DNA of 64,000 nucleotides from Mizuhopecten yessoensis (lineage: Eukaryota), in the NCBI RefSeq assembly GCF_002113885.1, contig NW_018404383.1, positions 66,965 through 130,964 of the forward strand, in the 5' to 3' direction. The notes beneath the pieces were generated by a model. The model was not told the DNA's origin, did no database searches, and saw nothing but the letters and a program-made list of their open reading frames with translations. Numbering within the stretch: position 1 is the first letter of the stretch; each line of letters opens with the position of its first letter. Below are positions 29,441-40,617 of this stretch, piece by piece. The position numbers and the translations under genes are program-made.

Positions 29441-30194
29441 TTGAAGGTTCTGTGGTGTTTATGTAAACAGTTGTACCCGCGGTAATGCTTAGCTAGCTCA
29501 AGTATTTCATGCTTACATGTTTAATAGACAAGCACTCGGTGTGTGTCTTTCTATGTCAGTCGTGTGTGGAATCTTCAAAGGTTTATTCTCATAATAATAC
29601 AATCTGCTCCTCGTAAAATGTAAGCGAGGACGGATGTAAATATCATTATTATTATTTCATCTCAAAACCTGAATGGAATGAAACTTAATGAACTGCGAAA
29701 ATTGTGAAAAATATGTGTACAAACAAGGAATATTCTACAACGTGTATTCTGTATCGGAGGATATATCACTTTATAGTTTTGCAGAAGTATGGTGGTTAGC
29801 TATCGAGGGCAGATAAAAGGATGGACTCGAGGTCCTTTCTTCTGCCGTAGTAAGTGTCTTAAGTGAAGGAAAAGTACTAGACAAGTGAATGGCGATCTTC
29901 GCCCCGTCCCGTAAAGTGATGTTGACAAATCATCACCGTATCTGATTCAGATCAAACAACCCACACAAAACTCTTAAATGGGACTGTTACCAAACACATT
30001 CACAAAAGGTCATAAACCAAGTTCGTTTATAATCCCCAGAAGAAGACTGAGTAGCCCGGTTGTTACATCAAACCATGTGTATACAGTCTGTTCTTGTTTG
30101 GAAACTACATCGTAACAACACGTTTAGTTGGTTTGTTTTCTATTTTGTCGACGGAAATGGTGTTACTATCTTTCAATGATCAGGTGAGATGCAT

Positions 30195-30352
30195 TCAGCC
30201 CCGCCCATCTCTCCCCGTCCCTTTCTTCTAGTATTAAAACGTCGCCATTCTAATCGAAACTCAAAAAAGTGCCACCCAGCCCCGCCCACTTTCGTCCTGT
30301 CCCTGTCCCCAGCCATTATTACATTGTAAATTGCCATTCTCATCGAAACTCT
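30195..30352. repeat. Diverged two-copy tandem duplication (~85-90 bp), each copy with a GC box
   Basis: cagccccgccca...gccattct(a/c)atcgaaactc occurs twice. Confidence 0.7.
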
Positions 30353-33179
30353 CGTCTGTTCGGATAAAAGTACACTTTAGTCCTTGCATTAGACATCATA
30401 TCGTCAGTTGATTGAGTGCCGATACATATCAACAGCAAGACACATATTACATTTTTAATCTTTGAAATTGGCCAGCCCTGAGCATAAAGCCTTCTATGGG
30501 GGAATATCAATGTTTTTTTCTTCACGCTGCTGGCATCTTGTAAGGCGATGATTAAAACCCAAAACAGTTTATGTATATTTAAATGAAAGATGGAATGGCA
30601 GATAAGTCCTAGTACATTATGTCAATTATAGATAGTGAAGCGATTTATGCGGAACGCTTACATCACTGCGAAATTGATTATACCAAACTTTCCCGATTCC
30701 AAAAAAGTAGCGACAACCTGCCGATGAAGTCGTCGATACGAAAAACGTGAATGAAAACAAGATATATTGCCAGCCCTTTAATATATTCGGACATAACCAA
30801 GTAATCGAATCATCTCATTTCTTGTTTAACTGATGAAATCTCGTCAGAAAAAAAAAACATTTTCATTATTAACATATTTTGCAACGCGAAAACGGCGCTG
30901 TTGTAAATGATTTTTGTTATCGACTAGACATGATGTTTTTATGACCGTGACAGTGTAGTTGTATCATGAAGCTGATGTTCATTGCACATGAAACGTATTT
31001 ACTGATATGTATGTTATTTTCGGAAAATAAATTGTTAATGTGATATGAAAATTTGATAAGATCATTTTCTTTATAGGTGCTTGTCCGAAGGATGGTCTTT
31101 TGTTTGAATTTCTAATAAATTAACATTCGTTTTTTGTAAACCGTTAGTTATGTTAGAGTGTATATGTTAACGATGGACTCGGCCAGGGTGGTTTGTTTAC
31201 TGTGAAGTCTGTTGTTTACTGGTTACATTTTGTTGACATTGGGTTCAGTGTGGGTTGTTTTGTATTCACCTCAGGTTCTGGTCACATGCTTTGTTAATCC
31301 TGGCCTCTGTTCGGATGAGTTCTTTTCTGTATTCCTGATCAGTTGGCATGTTTTAATGACAGTAAGATCCGTTCTTACCAATGCATCGTTTCCACAACCA
31401 AGACTTATTTGTCCACGGTTTTCTTGTAAATGGTGTCTCTATCCACACCCCAGGGTGCAGACAACATACTTCGCGATGAAAACAATAAAATGATGTCATC
31501 TTTTATAATCAGAAAACGTCATATTAATGATGGGGTTTTGACGTAGAGAGCATCTACTTTTGTCGTAACAATTTGTTTTAAGGATGGCGGAAAGCCGATT
31601 TCTGCTTTTTCGGGTGAGACAGAAATTGTAACTTGGAATTATTAAGCCGTTTGCAGAACCTCGATATCACAACTGTTCAGAATAGTGCCACTTTGCATGA
31701 GTTTCTTTTTAGTTTCAGCTCATAATCATGTTGTTCCTGGATTGACTACAACATCTAAATTTGTATATCATCATAATCTTTTTATCATTCAGTCTTGCTT
31801 ACTTTAGGTATAATTAGTTTCTGACTCTTGTTAAACTATATGATGCATGAATCTAAATCGCTTTTTTCACAAGGGGGCTTCAATACTTGATTTCGGACGC
31901 CTGCAACAAATAATGAAACTCAGTTCGAAGACTAACGAACGTACTTCTTAATTCGTTTGGCCCTGAATTAATTCATTGAAAGCGATCATCCGAATAATAG
32001 TGACCTTTCTGTTGTATGATTCACGATGCAACTAAAGCGATGCTGTATTACTGCAATTAACACTTGATGGGTTTAATGGTACTGTATTCAAGATGATGCA
32101 GATAAGAAAATGAATTTTACTCAATAAATCTGTTGGAATTATTGTATTATACTGTTCATCCAGAAATGTTTGCCAGATTCTCAATTTCGCCCTTGTCGCC
32201 TTTTCTAATCGGGTTGAATTTTGGGTAGCATGCGGACGGACAACAATGCTCTGTCTGCTAGACCCATTGTATTTCTCATGTGAAGGATGAAAATAACACC
32301 GGACTAGTTCGTATTTTATCCGCCGAAATTGATAATATATTACAGGACTCAACTGTTCCAGTATACAGTATTACAATAAAATGTGGCGACAAGTGATATG
32401 CCATAAGTCTTTTAAGTTACACCATATTCCCATTGGTTCTATGTTGATTTGCTTTTTTCACAAAGTTATCTCGACTTTTTTCCGATGAATTTTGAAGAAA
32501 TTTGGCACACACCTAGACAATTATGTTCGTGATGTTAATATACTACCAGTTCATTGGTCAAAATGATTTCACGGCGAAATCTAGAATTGCGTTTATGTAT
32601 CAACGCCAAAAGGATCTTTCATGCACGGGTGAAAAATGATATCTTAGTAATAACGACAAATTTAATTATATCAATATTACGAATAGAAGCAAGTTGCAAA
32701 ATTCTCAAGTTATGTACTAAATTATATCGCAATGTGATGATAAAAAACCTATAAGCATCAAAGGGGAGCAAAACATTAGCATATTTTGATAACTTATCAA
32801 AGTTATAAATACTGCATTGTATTTGTTGATGGAGAAATGCCGAATTACCGTAGCTCTTCAGTTAACAAGGCTTTTTGAGTTTATTCAGTTTGTGTAACTG
32901 TTATCTGAGTAAGTCCAACGTCATCTGACTTGTCTAAAGATTTAGGCAGACCTCCAATATCTCAGCCATATATACCAGTTCGAGATTTTACAAATACGTT
33001 AAGTTAAACTCTTTTTTTTCTCCTTACTGTCCATCAAAACTGAGGTCGGAATTGCAAATGTTTGGTTTGTTAGTCGGATTGCCCATGCATTGCTCTATTC
33101 TGCCTATGGACTTAACCACACTCTGTAATAATATTTCCAGGAATTATCATTCTGCTCTGAACGCACATTAAAAACATTG

Positions 33180-33250
33180 AGACATATAATTTTTTTCAGT
33201 GTTTTTTATATTATATTTTATGTTTTGTAGAAATTTTACAATAATTTAAA
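33180..33250 (-). other. Possible 3' end / polyadenylation region of the trunk-like mRNA (~1 kb 3' UTR)
   Basis: A-rich block on the minus strand with only variant hexamers (CATAAA, AATATA, TATAAA); no canonical AATAAA. Confidence 0.25.
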
Positions 33251-33866
33251 TAGTCATAACAAATACCACTTTCATAACGATAACACAGCTCTCACCCAAA
33301 CAGACGCATACATACAATGAACAACACTCTACCACGCCGCGCACCAGCATGCACGTGCTGCTGCCAGCCCGAAATGTTCTACTCACTATGGCAAATATCA
33401 ACTACAATGGTTCGTAAAGCCATTTGTGTCGTCTCGTCAGTGTCCAGTGTTTTTTTCTTAAACTTCCTTAAATGACTGGTAGCGTTAAACTAAAAAGTTT
33501 GGAAAGACCATGTTGTCTTTCCGCGTTGGATTGTGTTTCTGTCTTTAGCGTGCTTAAATGTATATCGGACGAATAACTCGCCCAGACGTGCACACAAGAC
33601 GGACACCAGCGTCCGTTACTGAACACATAAATCTACCTTGGTACTGCTAGCACGAAATGCCTGTGGATTTCTGGGAGACGCTGCCTCCCGCGCACACTTG
33701 TCATGCTTTTTGCTTGAATGTCCGCCGCCACGGAGCCTTGTGTTACAGGGAATGTTGACAGTACTGGCAGTACGCTCATCCAATAACAACAATAAATGCA
33801 GTATTATAATATTCATAATTAATAATATATCACAACACATAAGCACGGGTCTGTGTCTTTAGATCA

Positions 33867-33928
33867 TTGCACGCATCCTTATCACGACACCGCCCGTGCA
33901 CAAGTCCTGTCTCGACGGGCGGTCTATA
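33867..33928 (+). repeat. 62-bp inverted repeat, copy A (downstream of the trunk-like stop codon)
   Basis: ttgcacgcatccttatcacgacaccgcccgtgcacaagtcctgtctcgacgggcggtctata is the reverse complement of 36402-36463 with 3 substitutions. Confidence 0.95.
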
Positions 33929-34197
33929 TTTACTGGCTACACAACGTCGTCCCCTCCCCCCATCCCCGGCCCCCACTGGATTTCATAACATATGTAATAA
34001 ATATATGGACTCTGGGTAGTACACATAGGCCGCAGAGTCAGCCAGGCCTGTCCTTAGTAGCAACAGGTGGAATGGAACCTCCTTCGAGAGAAATATCTCT
34101 GCTAAAAGTAATCCATTGGGTTGCGGCACCATTGTATCACAGTTGGCGCATGCGCAAGAACACGTCACTGTCACGGAAAATCCCTAGTTTATAAATA

Positions 34198-35124
34198 TCA
34201 CACGTCCCTCGGCCGTCTCCGTCGGTTTTTCCGCTTACGTTTGTTTTTAGGATTGCCACATTCGCACCAAACGTTAACATGTAGTTTCTCGAACACCCAA
34301 ACCTCCTCATACGTCGTGTTGACCCCCACTGTAGGGACCGGGTTACAACGATTAGGGTCCATCTTAAACAAGTTGATTGTGTATCCCTGCTCAACGCATT
34401 CGTTTAACTTATAATAACACAATTTTGTTAAACATTCCACGGAATTATAATACTTGGGAAAATACCCTGGTTTAGTTTTATTCCATATCTTTTTCATCTT
34501 ACACTTCCATGACAAGTGGTCTTTCCTTTTAAGTTTTTGTTTTTGTTTTCGCCTCCTTCCACTGCGGGGGCCCGCTCGCTTATGTCTTACATTTAATTGC
34601 ATTAATCTTTGGTAAAATGTCACATCCTCGTCGAAATCGTCATCGTCATCGTCCTCCTCCTCCTCCTCAACAACCGCTCGTCGTTTTCTCTTCCTCATGA
34701 ATTTCATAGAATCTAAATACGCAGAGTCCTGCGTTTGAACCGTTCTGTCTTGTGAGTTTCCATAACCACCATCACTCATCATTGTGTTCGAAATCGAATC
34801 AATATTCGAGTCGAAATCATCCACAGAATCATCGAATTCATCATCATCATCGTTCTCGAAATCATCGTCGTCCTCTATAGAACGCTCTCGTAACGTGCTT
34901 CTTTTCATATCCTCCTCGTCCATTGCCATCCTCGACTCGTCGTAGTGTCTGCCCATTCGGTAGCGCAGATGATCTGGGTCGACAGGACGACAACGGGGCA
35001 CGGTTATTTCCGTGATGTTATTGAGCTTGGTTGGCGGCGGGCGTTTTCTCGGGTAGGCCAACACGGGGCTTGTCAGCATCACAAAACAGATCACGAGGAA
35101 CAGAAACTCGCTGGTTCTCTTTGC
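34198..35124 (-). CDS. trk: Trunk-like (Trunk/PTTH/Noggin superfamily) secreted cystine-knot ligand, main coding exon (308 aa + stop)
   Basis: Hydrophobic signal segment FLFLVICFVMLTSPVLA. N-terminal motif CRPVDPDHLRYRMGRHYDESRMA matches the Trunk/Noggin C-x-L-x-LG-x-F-x-YMS helix motif. The C-terminal domain WKCKMKKIW..GYFPKYYNSVEC..KLCYY..NEC..YTINLFK..C..YEEVWVFEKLHVNVWCEC follows the insect Trunk pattern (WxC, YFPRYxxSxEC, CWY, WxxE, CEC). Furin-type sites RKRKRR and RHKR. The ORF track gives 34198..35160, but the first 12 codons read as an intron 3' end (cttctctcctgtttgctgttgcag|GCA). Confidence 0.9.
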   Translation of the reverse strand, partial: AKRTSEFLFLVICFVMLTSPVLAYPRKRPPPTKLNNITEITVPRCRPVDPDHLRYRMGRHYDESRMAMDEEDMKRSTLRERSIEDDDDFENDDDDEFDDSVDDFDSNIDSISNTMMSDGGYGNSQDRTVQTQDSAYLDSMKFMRKRKRRAVVEEEEEDDDDDDFDEDVTFYQRLMQLNVRHKRAGPRSGRRRKQKQKLKRKDHLSWKCKMKKIWNKTKPGYFPKYYNSVECLTKLCYYKLNECVEQGYTINLFKMDPNRCNPVPTVGVNTTYEEVWVFEKLHVNVWCECGNPKNKRKRKNRRRRPRDV

Positions 35125-36401
35125 CTGCAACAGCAAACAGGAGAGAAGACATTTAATCATTGTGGATCATTTGAAATATAACAATGTATAAAGAAAAAGA
35201 ATCATAGATGGTTCCATTGGTGTTTACCTCATAAAGATTGGTTTCTTGAGTCGGACAAGAGTGGGTGTGTTCCTTATTGCGAAGCAGTAAGTACAGAAAC
35301 AACGACACGCCTATTTGGATAGTATTTGTATTAGCTAAACTCAATCACATGCTTACGATAAGGCCAAGAGTTTACATGATTGCGATACGGTCATACTGGG
35401 GTGACGATTGAGCTAATTTAGCAAATACGAAACACGAGGCATAGCTTTGATTAACACTATAATGCATTTTGAGACAACAACAAACCAATTCCTTCGTTTT
35501 CGATCTGATCTTCATGCGAATGAAAATAAGTCAACTGGTAGGACCACTCACACTTTAAGGCAAACTAGTACAGAGTGTATCTAAAAGCTGCTGGTCTTGT
35601 CAAGAACAACCATATGCCATCACTATTGTAGAAAATAGAAATGACAAGATGAAGTTGATATCTGCAATTCACTGTTTTCGCTAAAGTATTGGATAGAGTA
35701 GGGACGTGCTGTGTGTCGCATCAACTTCAACTTTCTGATAAATTATCATGAATATCGGCGCGCTCTTGATGTCTCTATCAGATCAAACTCTCTTGTCAAA
35801 GGTCACCTCGTACCAAATTCACAAGATATGTTACAACAGTTGCTTGTTGTTCTCCGTTTATTTTCTAATTTGTATACATAATGTTTGTATAAGATCATTT
35901 CTACTTATTTGAATGGAATAGCAGTGATAAGGGTAATAAATCCATGATCAATTAATATGACGTTACATTACAGATGGTTGTGTAGGAGGTGTGCGACAGC
36001 TTTCATCGTTATGTTCACATTTTCTTATTCAGGTTAGCGGATTTTGGCTAAAAAAAAGTCCGAATGTTGTCTTTTTTTCCAATTCGATTTAAAACTTTGA
36101 TTCTATATAATAAATGTGATGTAAGAAACATGTCATCTTCTAAACTACATCACAACATAAACAATATACATCCAATAATTATTTAATTGATAACGTTTGC
36201 AACATTACGCTGATAACTGACTTTCAAAATAATTTGTAAGCTTTCATATTGAAAAATAAGCAAGTTTCAGTTTAAAGCAGCTCAGATTAATACGATTCAC
36301 GTCACATTTAACGAATCACCTTACCCATCCCCAACTATGTCAAATGGTATAAAGGTTGTACAGGATGCAATATGCACACATATTCGTCACAGGGATGTTG
36401 T

Positions 36402-36463
36402 TATAGACTGCCCGTCGAGACAGGACTTGTGCACGGGCGGTGTTGTAATAAGGATGCGTGCAA
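36402..36463 (-). repeat. 62-bp inverted repeat, copy B (in the predicted intron)
   Basis: tatagactgcccgtcgagacaggacttgtgcacgggcggtgttgtaataaggatgcgtgcaa; 59/62 identical to the reverse complement of copy A. Confidence 0.95.
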
Positions 36464-39400
36464 ATGTTCGGTTTCTGTTTTATCTTTAAATGTTCAATAG
36501 GTTATCATAATATCGTCAGATACTACTATAGTAGTATGCACATTCAGTTCGGCAGAACTCGTGTACGACAATGGCTTTTAGTGTAACATGTGTACAAATG
36601 TTTGCAAGATATTATCCGGAATCGACCAATATATGCTAGTAGGTTAACATACATATTCGTTCCGCGTTTTTTTATTCTGCTCGAATTTTAGGATTTTCAT
36701 ATCCGTTTCATTACCCAAATAATCTTAAAAGGCGTGAAAAGTCATGCAATCAAGATTAATTGATTAACACCACCCAAAACTGCAGAAATTGCGAAATAGT
36801 CAGTATATGTACACTTGTGTAATATACGAACACAAGAATACATCTGTGTAATATTATATGAAAACGTTTTAAAGGGACAAATCATGATCACTCCAAGAAC
36901 ATATTTGCGAAAAAGATTTCAACTGAAAGAAAATAGTTTCAGAGTGTTGTATTTTGGAAATATGATTCCATATTTCTTAGTATACGTGTTTTCTTAGCCA
37001 AGTTGATAATTCGTGTCCCCCTATACAAACGTTGGTTAAATGACAGAATTCTCAATAAACTGATTCGTACGTGTATGATATCTGTCAAATATACCTTTGA
37101 AACTGTGGCGTTCCAGGTATTATTGTAAAGAATGTCGAGATTATTTTGCATGAGCGGAAAATGAAACGACTGAAAATGTGGTGAATACGTGATCACACTC
37201 CAAAGATCGTCTCTAGTGCCTCAAGGAGAAAACACATTAACTTCGACTACGACTTAGTATCACTTGAGTTCAGCTGTGCGTGTAGAACGATCGGCATGTT
37301 TGAAAAAACGGCCGGAACACTGATAGAAAATGTTACTATCCACACGTATTATACGGTTCGAAGACTTAAAACAATTACTTAAATTTAATTCTTAATTTGT
37401 TTAACGAGGATTACGAACAGCCCAGGGGCTACTAGCCTACTAACTCTTCACACGTATTCAACTGATATGCAACTGCTGACTGATAAAACGCGGGTTGGAT
37501 ACATTTCAAAATTAGAGAAAAACATTACCGAAAACTGATTCCAAACACTCATAACTTAAAAATAGATATGAATATCCTAAAAATGTCAGAGAATGTTAAT
37601 TCCTGGTGTAAGTACCTGTGCACCGTCGTGCGGTTACAACGGTTTCATACCAGTCAATGTTTACCAACCTTTAACGTGCGGAATTCAAAAGCTAGGTAAA
37701 TATGAAATATATGACAGGTGAAACTCATGTTTTAATTGATTTATACACATTTTTATTTATATTTTACATCTAATTATTGACTTTTTGAGATGTTTTGTTT
37801 GTCACTTGATGTAGGAACTTCCATTCCATTACAACGACCCCTTGAACCAGATTCATATTGATATCCCACCTTTGCAGGTTGTGGCGACTACGACCAACAC
37901 ATCCCAGTGGGGGTGAGAAGGGAGGACTTCAAAACTCTTTATGTAGTATTGATACTCCAAGCTCCTGTAGAAACTTAACTAAATCTTAGTTGACATTCAT
38001 GGTAAGCCTTTCTTGGATGCACCCAATTGAGTATTTTCTGACTCCCGGGGAACTGTTAAAATATCCCATCGATATTCAGGGAACGCCTCTCTAAGTAGCG
38101 CCCACTAGCACGGAAACTGGTACAATTTTACCCTCGACACTCATAGGACATTCAGAGAACACCTCTGTATGATGTACTAAGTAGTATGGTCTGACCCCGG
38201 GGACACTTATAAATTCTTACTCGACATTCCCACTATCATCATCAAGTATTACCGGACGCCTGGACCGGAATACGATAACATTATTAGTCATTCAAGCAGA
38301 TAATATATACATGCAGAAAACAGTTCGATAAAGTCTGATGGCAGTGCATGTGTAGCACGGTGACGTCAGCTAAAGAGCATGATCTAATCAAGCTAGTATC
38401 TAATGGTATTGTCACAACAGTAGACGACGTCATCAACAAAACAATGAAATGGTAGGAAAATATGGTTTTATACGAATATTAATATAATAACGATTTTATA
38501 TTTATAAATATCAACCACTTAACTTAAAAAGATTGTTTTTGATTTGACATGGTGAAGTTTGATCTGTATCTATATCAATATCTTAGTCTTTATCAAATCA
38601 TCGATTTTTGGGGAATGTAAATTTTCGATTATTCACATTGAGAAAGAAGTTTTTTTAGAATATAATAGTTGTAAGTACAGTTGTACTTTAGAAATAAGAG
38701 GACAACAGAAAATATTATAAAATATTACCCAAGTGGCGTTACCGTTAAGTTTCCCGTGTTTCCCATGTCTGTCCATTCGTCCAGTTATAAATTGACACTG
38801 ACATTGTTTTATAATACTACTCGCACGAGACCGTTCTCTTATGTGTCGAGAATCTCCAGCAGGTTGTCTATTTATCTCACGATTTGACTGTGGTCTGAAG
38901 TACTTTAAATACGCCCCCTAATCTGTCGTAACTCAATGTAATATAAAAATAAGTATGCGTCATCACGTTAAAAAGAAGGTTTCCCCAGCATACTTCAAAT
39001 TCTCGGTTAAAGACAAGATGTCAATACAATCCCATATATAGCCTGGAGTGTTTGTAGTGACTTCGCTAAAAAAAGCTTCCGAAACCAGCGAGCAACTCCG
39101 ATAAAAGGGTTTATTTAAATTTGGGTGTTGGCCGTTTCAATTAAAGCGATATATGTGAAGGGTACTCCACGCTATTTAACGTACGGAATGCTATTTTCTA
39201 TTTTACCGTTATAATTGTTCATGTGACTAAATCCGCATGTCAAATTTCAGATTTCATCAGCTTTCAAAATATCAGAACAGTGGGTTCAAGCGTGTGATAC
39301 AGTCGGATTGGCGTACTTTAATAACACCTGGATTAACCTATGAATCAGTTAAAATGTGTTCTTAAGAGTTACAGGCAGGTGAAATTACACACAGTCTGAC

Positions 39401-39759
39401 AAATACAGTTTGCGTGAAAAATCCCAGTGTTTTGAGAATAATTCAAACGTATCAGAAACACATGCATCATTATAGGCCCGTTGTTCTACCGAGGTGAGAT
39501 TTTGAATCATACGTGATGTTTGTCGACAAAACAGTATCTGATTTCCCGGTGTATAGGGGCCTCGACACCCTTTCTCTGTGACCAATAATAGCGGAATGTA
39601 TTGGGGATCAAATGTTAAATATCATCTCAAATACCCCATCATCATCATAGACCAAGCAAATGTATCCCACTATACATAGCAAAGCAACCTACGGCAAACA
39701 ATGAAACGCTCATACTAAACATTACTAACCGCAAAACCCCAACTGTCGGTAGTTCAAAC

Positions 39760-39985
39760 ATGCAATACACACCGCAATACTGAAACACTTAACATTCTAC
39801 CGATCATATATATACCTTACACATCGCGATCAGAAACACTCGGCAATTTTTAAAACCAAACATCGCACACATCGCCATACTGAAACACTCGGCAATTGCC
39901 CAATTATACCACACAGCTTACAACACTGAAACACATCACACACACATCGCAAAACTGATATGCTCGTCAATATACCAAACCAAAA
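39760..39985. repeat. Degenerate short tandem repeat
   Basis: Recurrent acatcgc..actgaaacactcggcaatt motifs. Confidence 0.55.
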
Positions 39986-40553
39986 CCCGTCATGAGCCAA
40001 ATAAGAGCTCACAAGCTCTTTTATCGATCTGTTTGATGCATTTTAACATTTTCCTATTGAGTTTTTCTTAAGTCAATTGCGATGCTTTTGAAACAGATGT
40101 TTGCATCATACAAGATAATTATCTATTTTCTTTCTCCGGTATCGACTATTTTTGTTTCTAAATTTTATTCTTTATCCAACAAAAGAATAAAAAGTACTCC
40201 CAGTTTATATAAATTACACGGTACCTTATACATCGGTAACTGCTTAATGAAAGTTTTAAAAAAATATAGAAATAAAATTATTCAGACAATTCTCTTTCAT
40301 GAAGAGTTTGTTTCTTTAAATCGCGTTATAGTCGACTCTGAAAAAACGTTGTTTAATCTTTGTGTTTGTCCCTTGCTTGCTAAAGTATTAACGGATCATC
40401 AAAATAATCAGGTCGTAAGGTGCCACACAGTAGTAAACAGGTAGACAGTAGATGTACAAAGAGAAAAGCTGGACCAAACTGTCACAGAAAAACAAGCCAG
40501 AAAAGGTCACAAGGATTTAAAAGAATCCAACGTATTTGTCGTGCTCAAAATTC

Positions 40554-40617
40554 ATTCCAGGGGTTACGCTAACCTACCCTCCGCAGAGAGAATTGTTGAG
40601 AACGTAACCCCTGGAAT
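40554..40617. repeat. Perfect 15-bp inverted repeat with 34-nt spacer (intronic hairpin)
   Basis: attccaggggttacg (40554-40568) and cgtaacccctggaat (40603-40617). Confidence 0.85.

Noticed and set aside
28124-29444. Stack of Met/Phe/Arg-rich ORFs
   Set aside because: Frame-shifting translations of the 62/63-bp repeat.
35125-35160. ATG at 35160 as the true start codon
   Set aside because: The sequence reads as a strong splice acceptor and a phase-compatible upstream exon exists. Disfavoured but not fully excluded.
34198-35160. Calling the gene canonical noggin
   Set aside because: It lacks the FWPRY/GSC/CSxPxGMxC signatures, the second finger disulfide pair and the terminal CxCSC; the Trunk pattern fits better.
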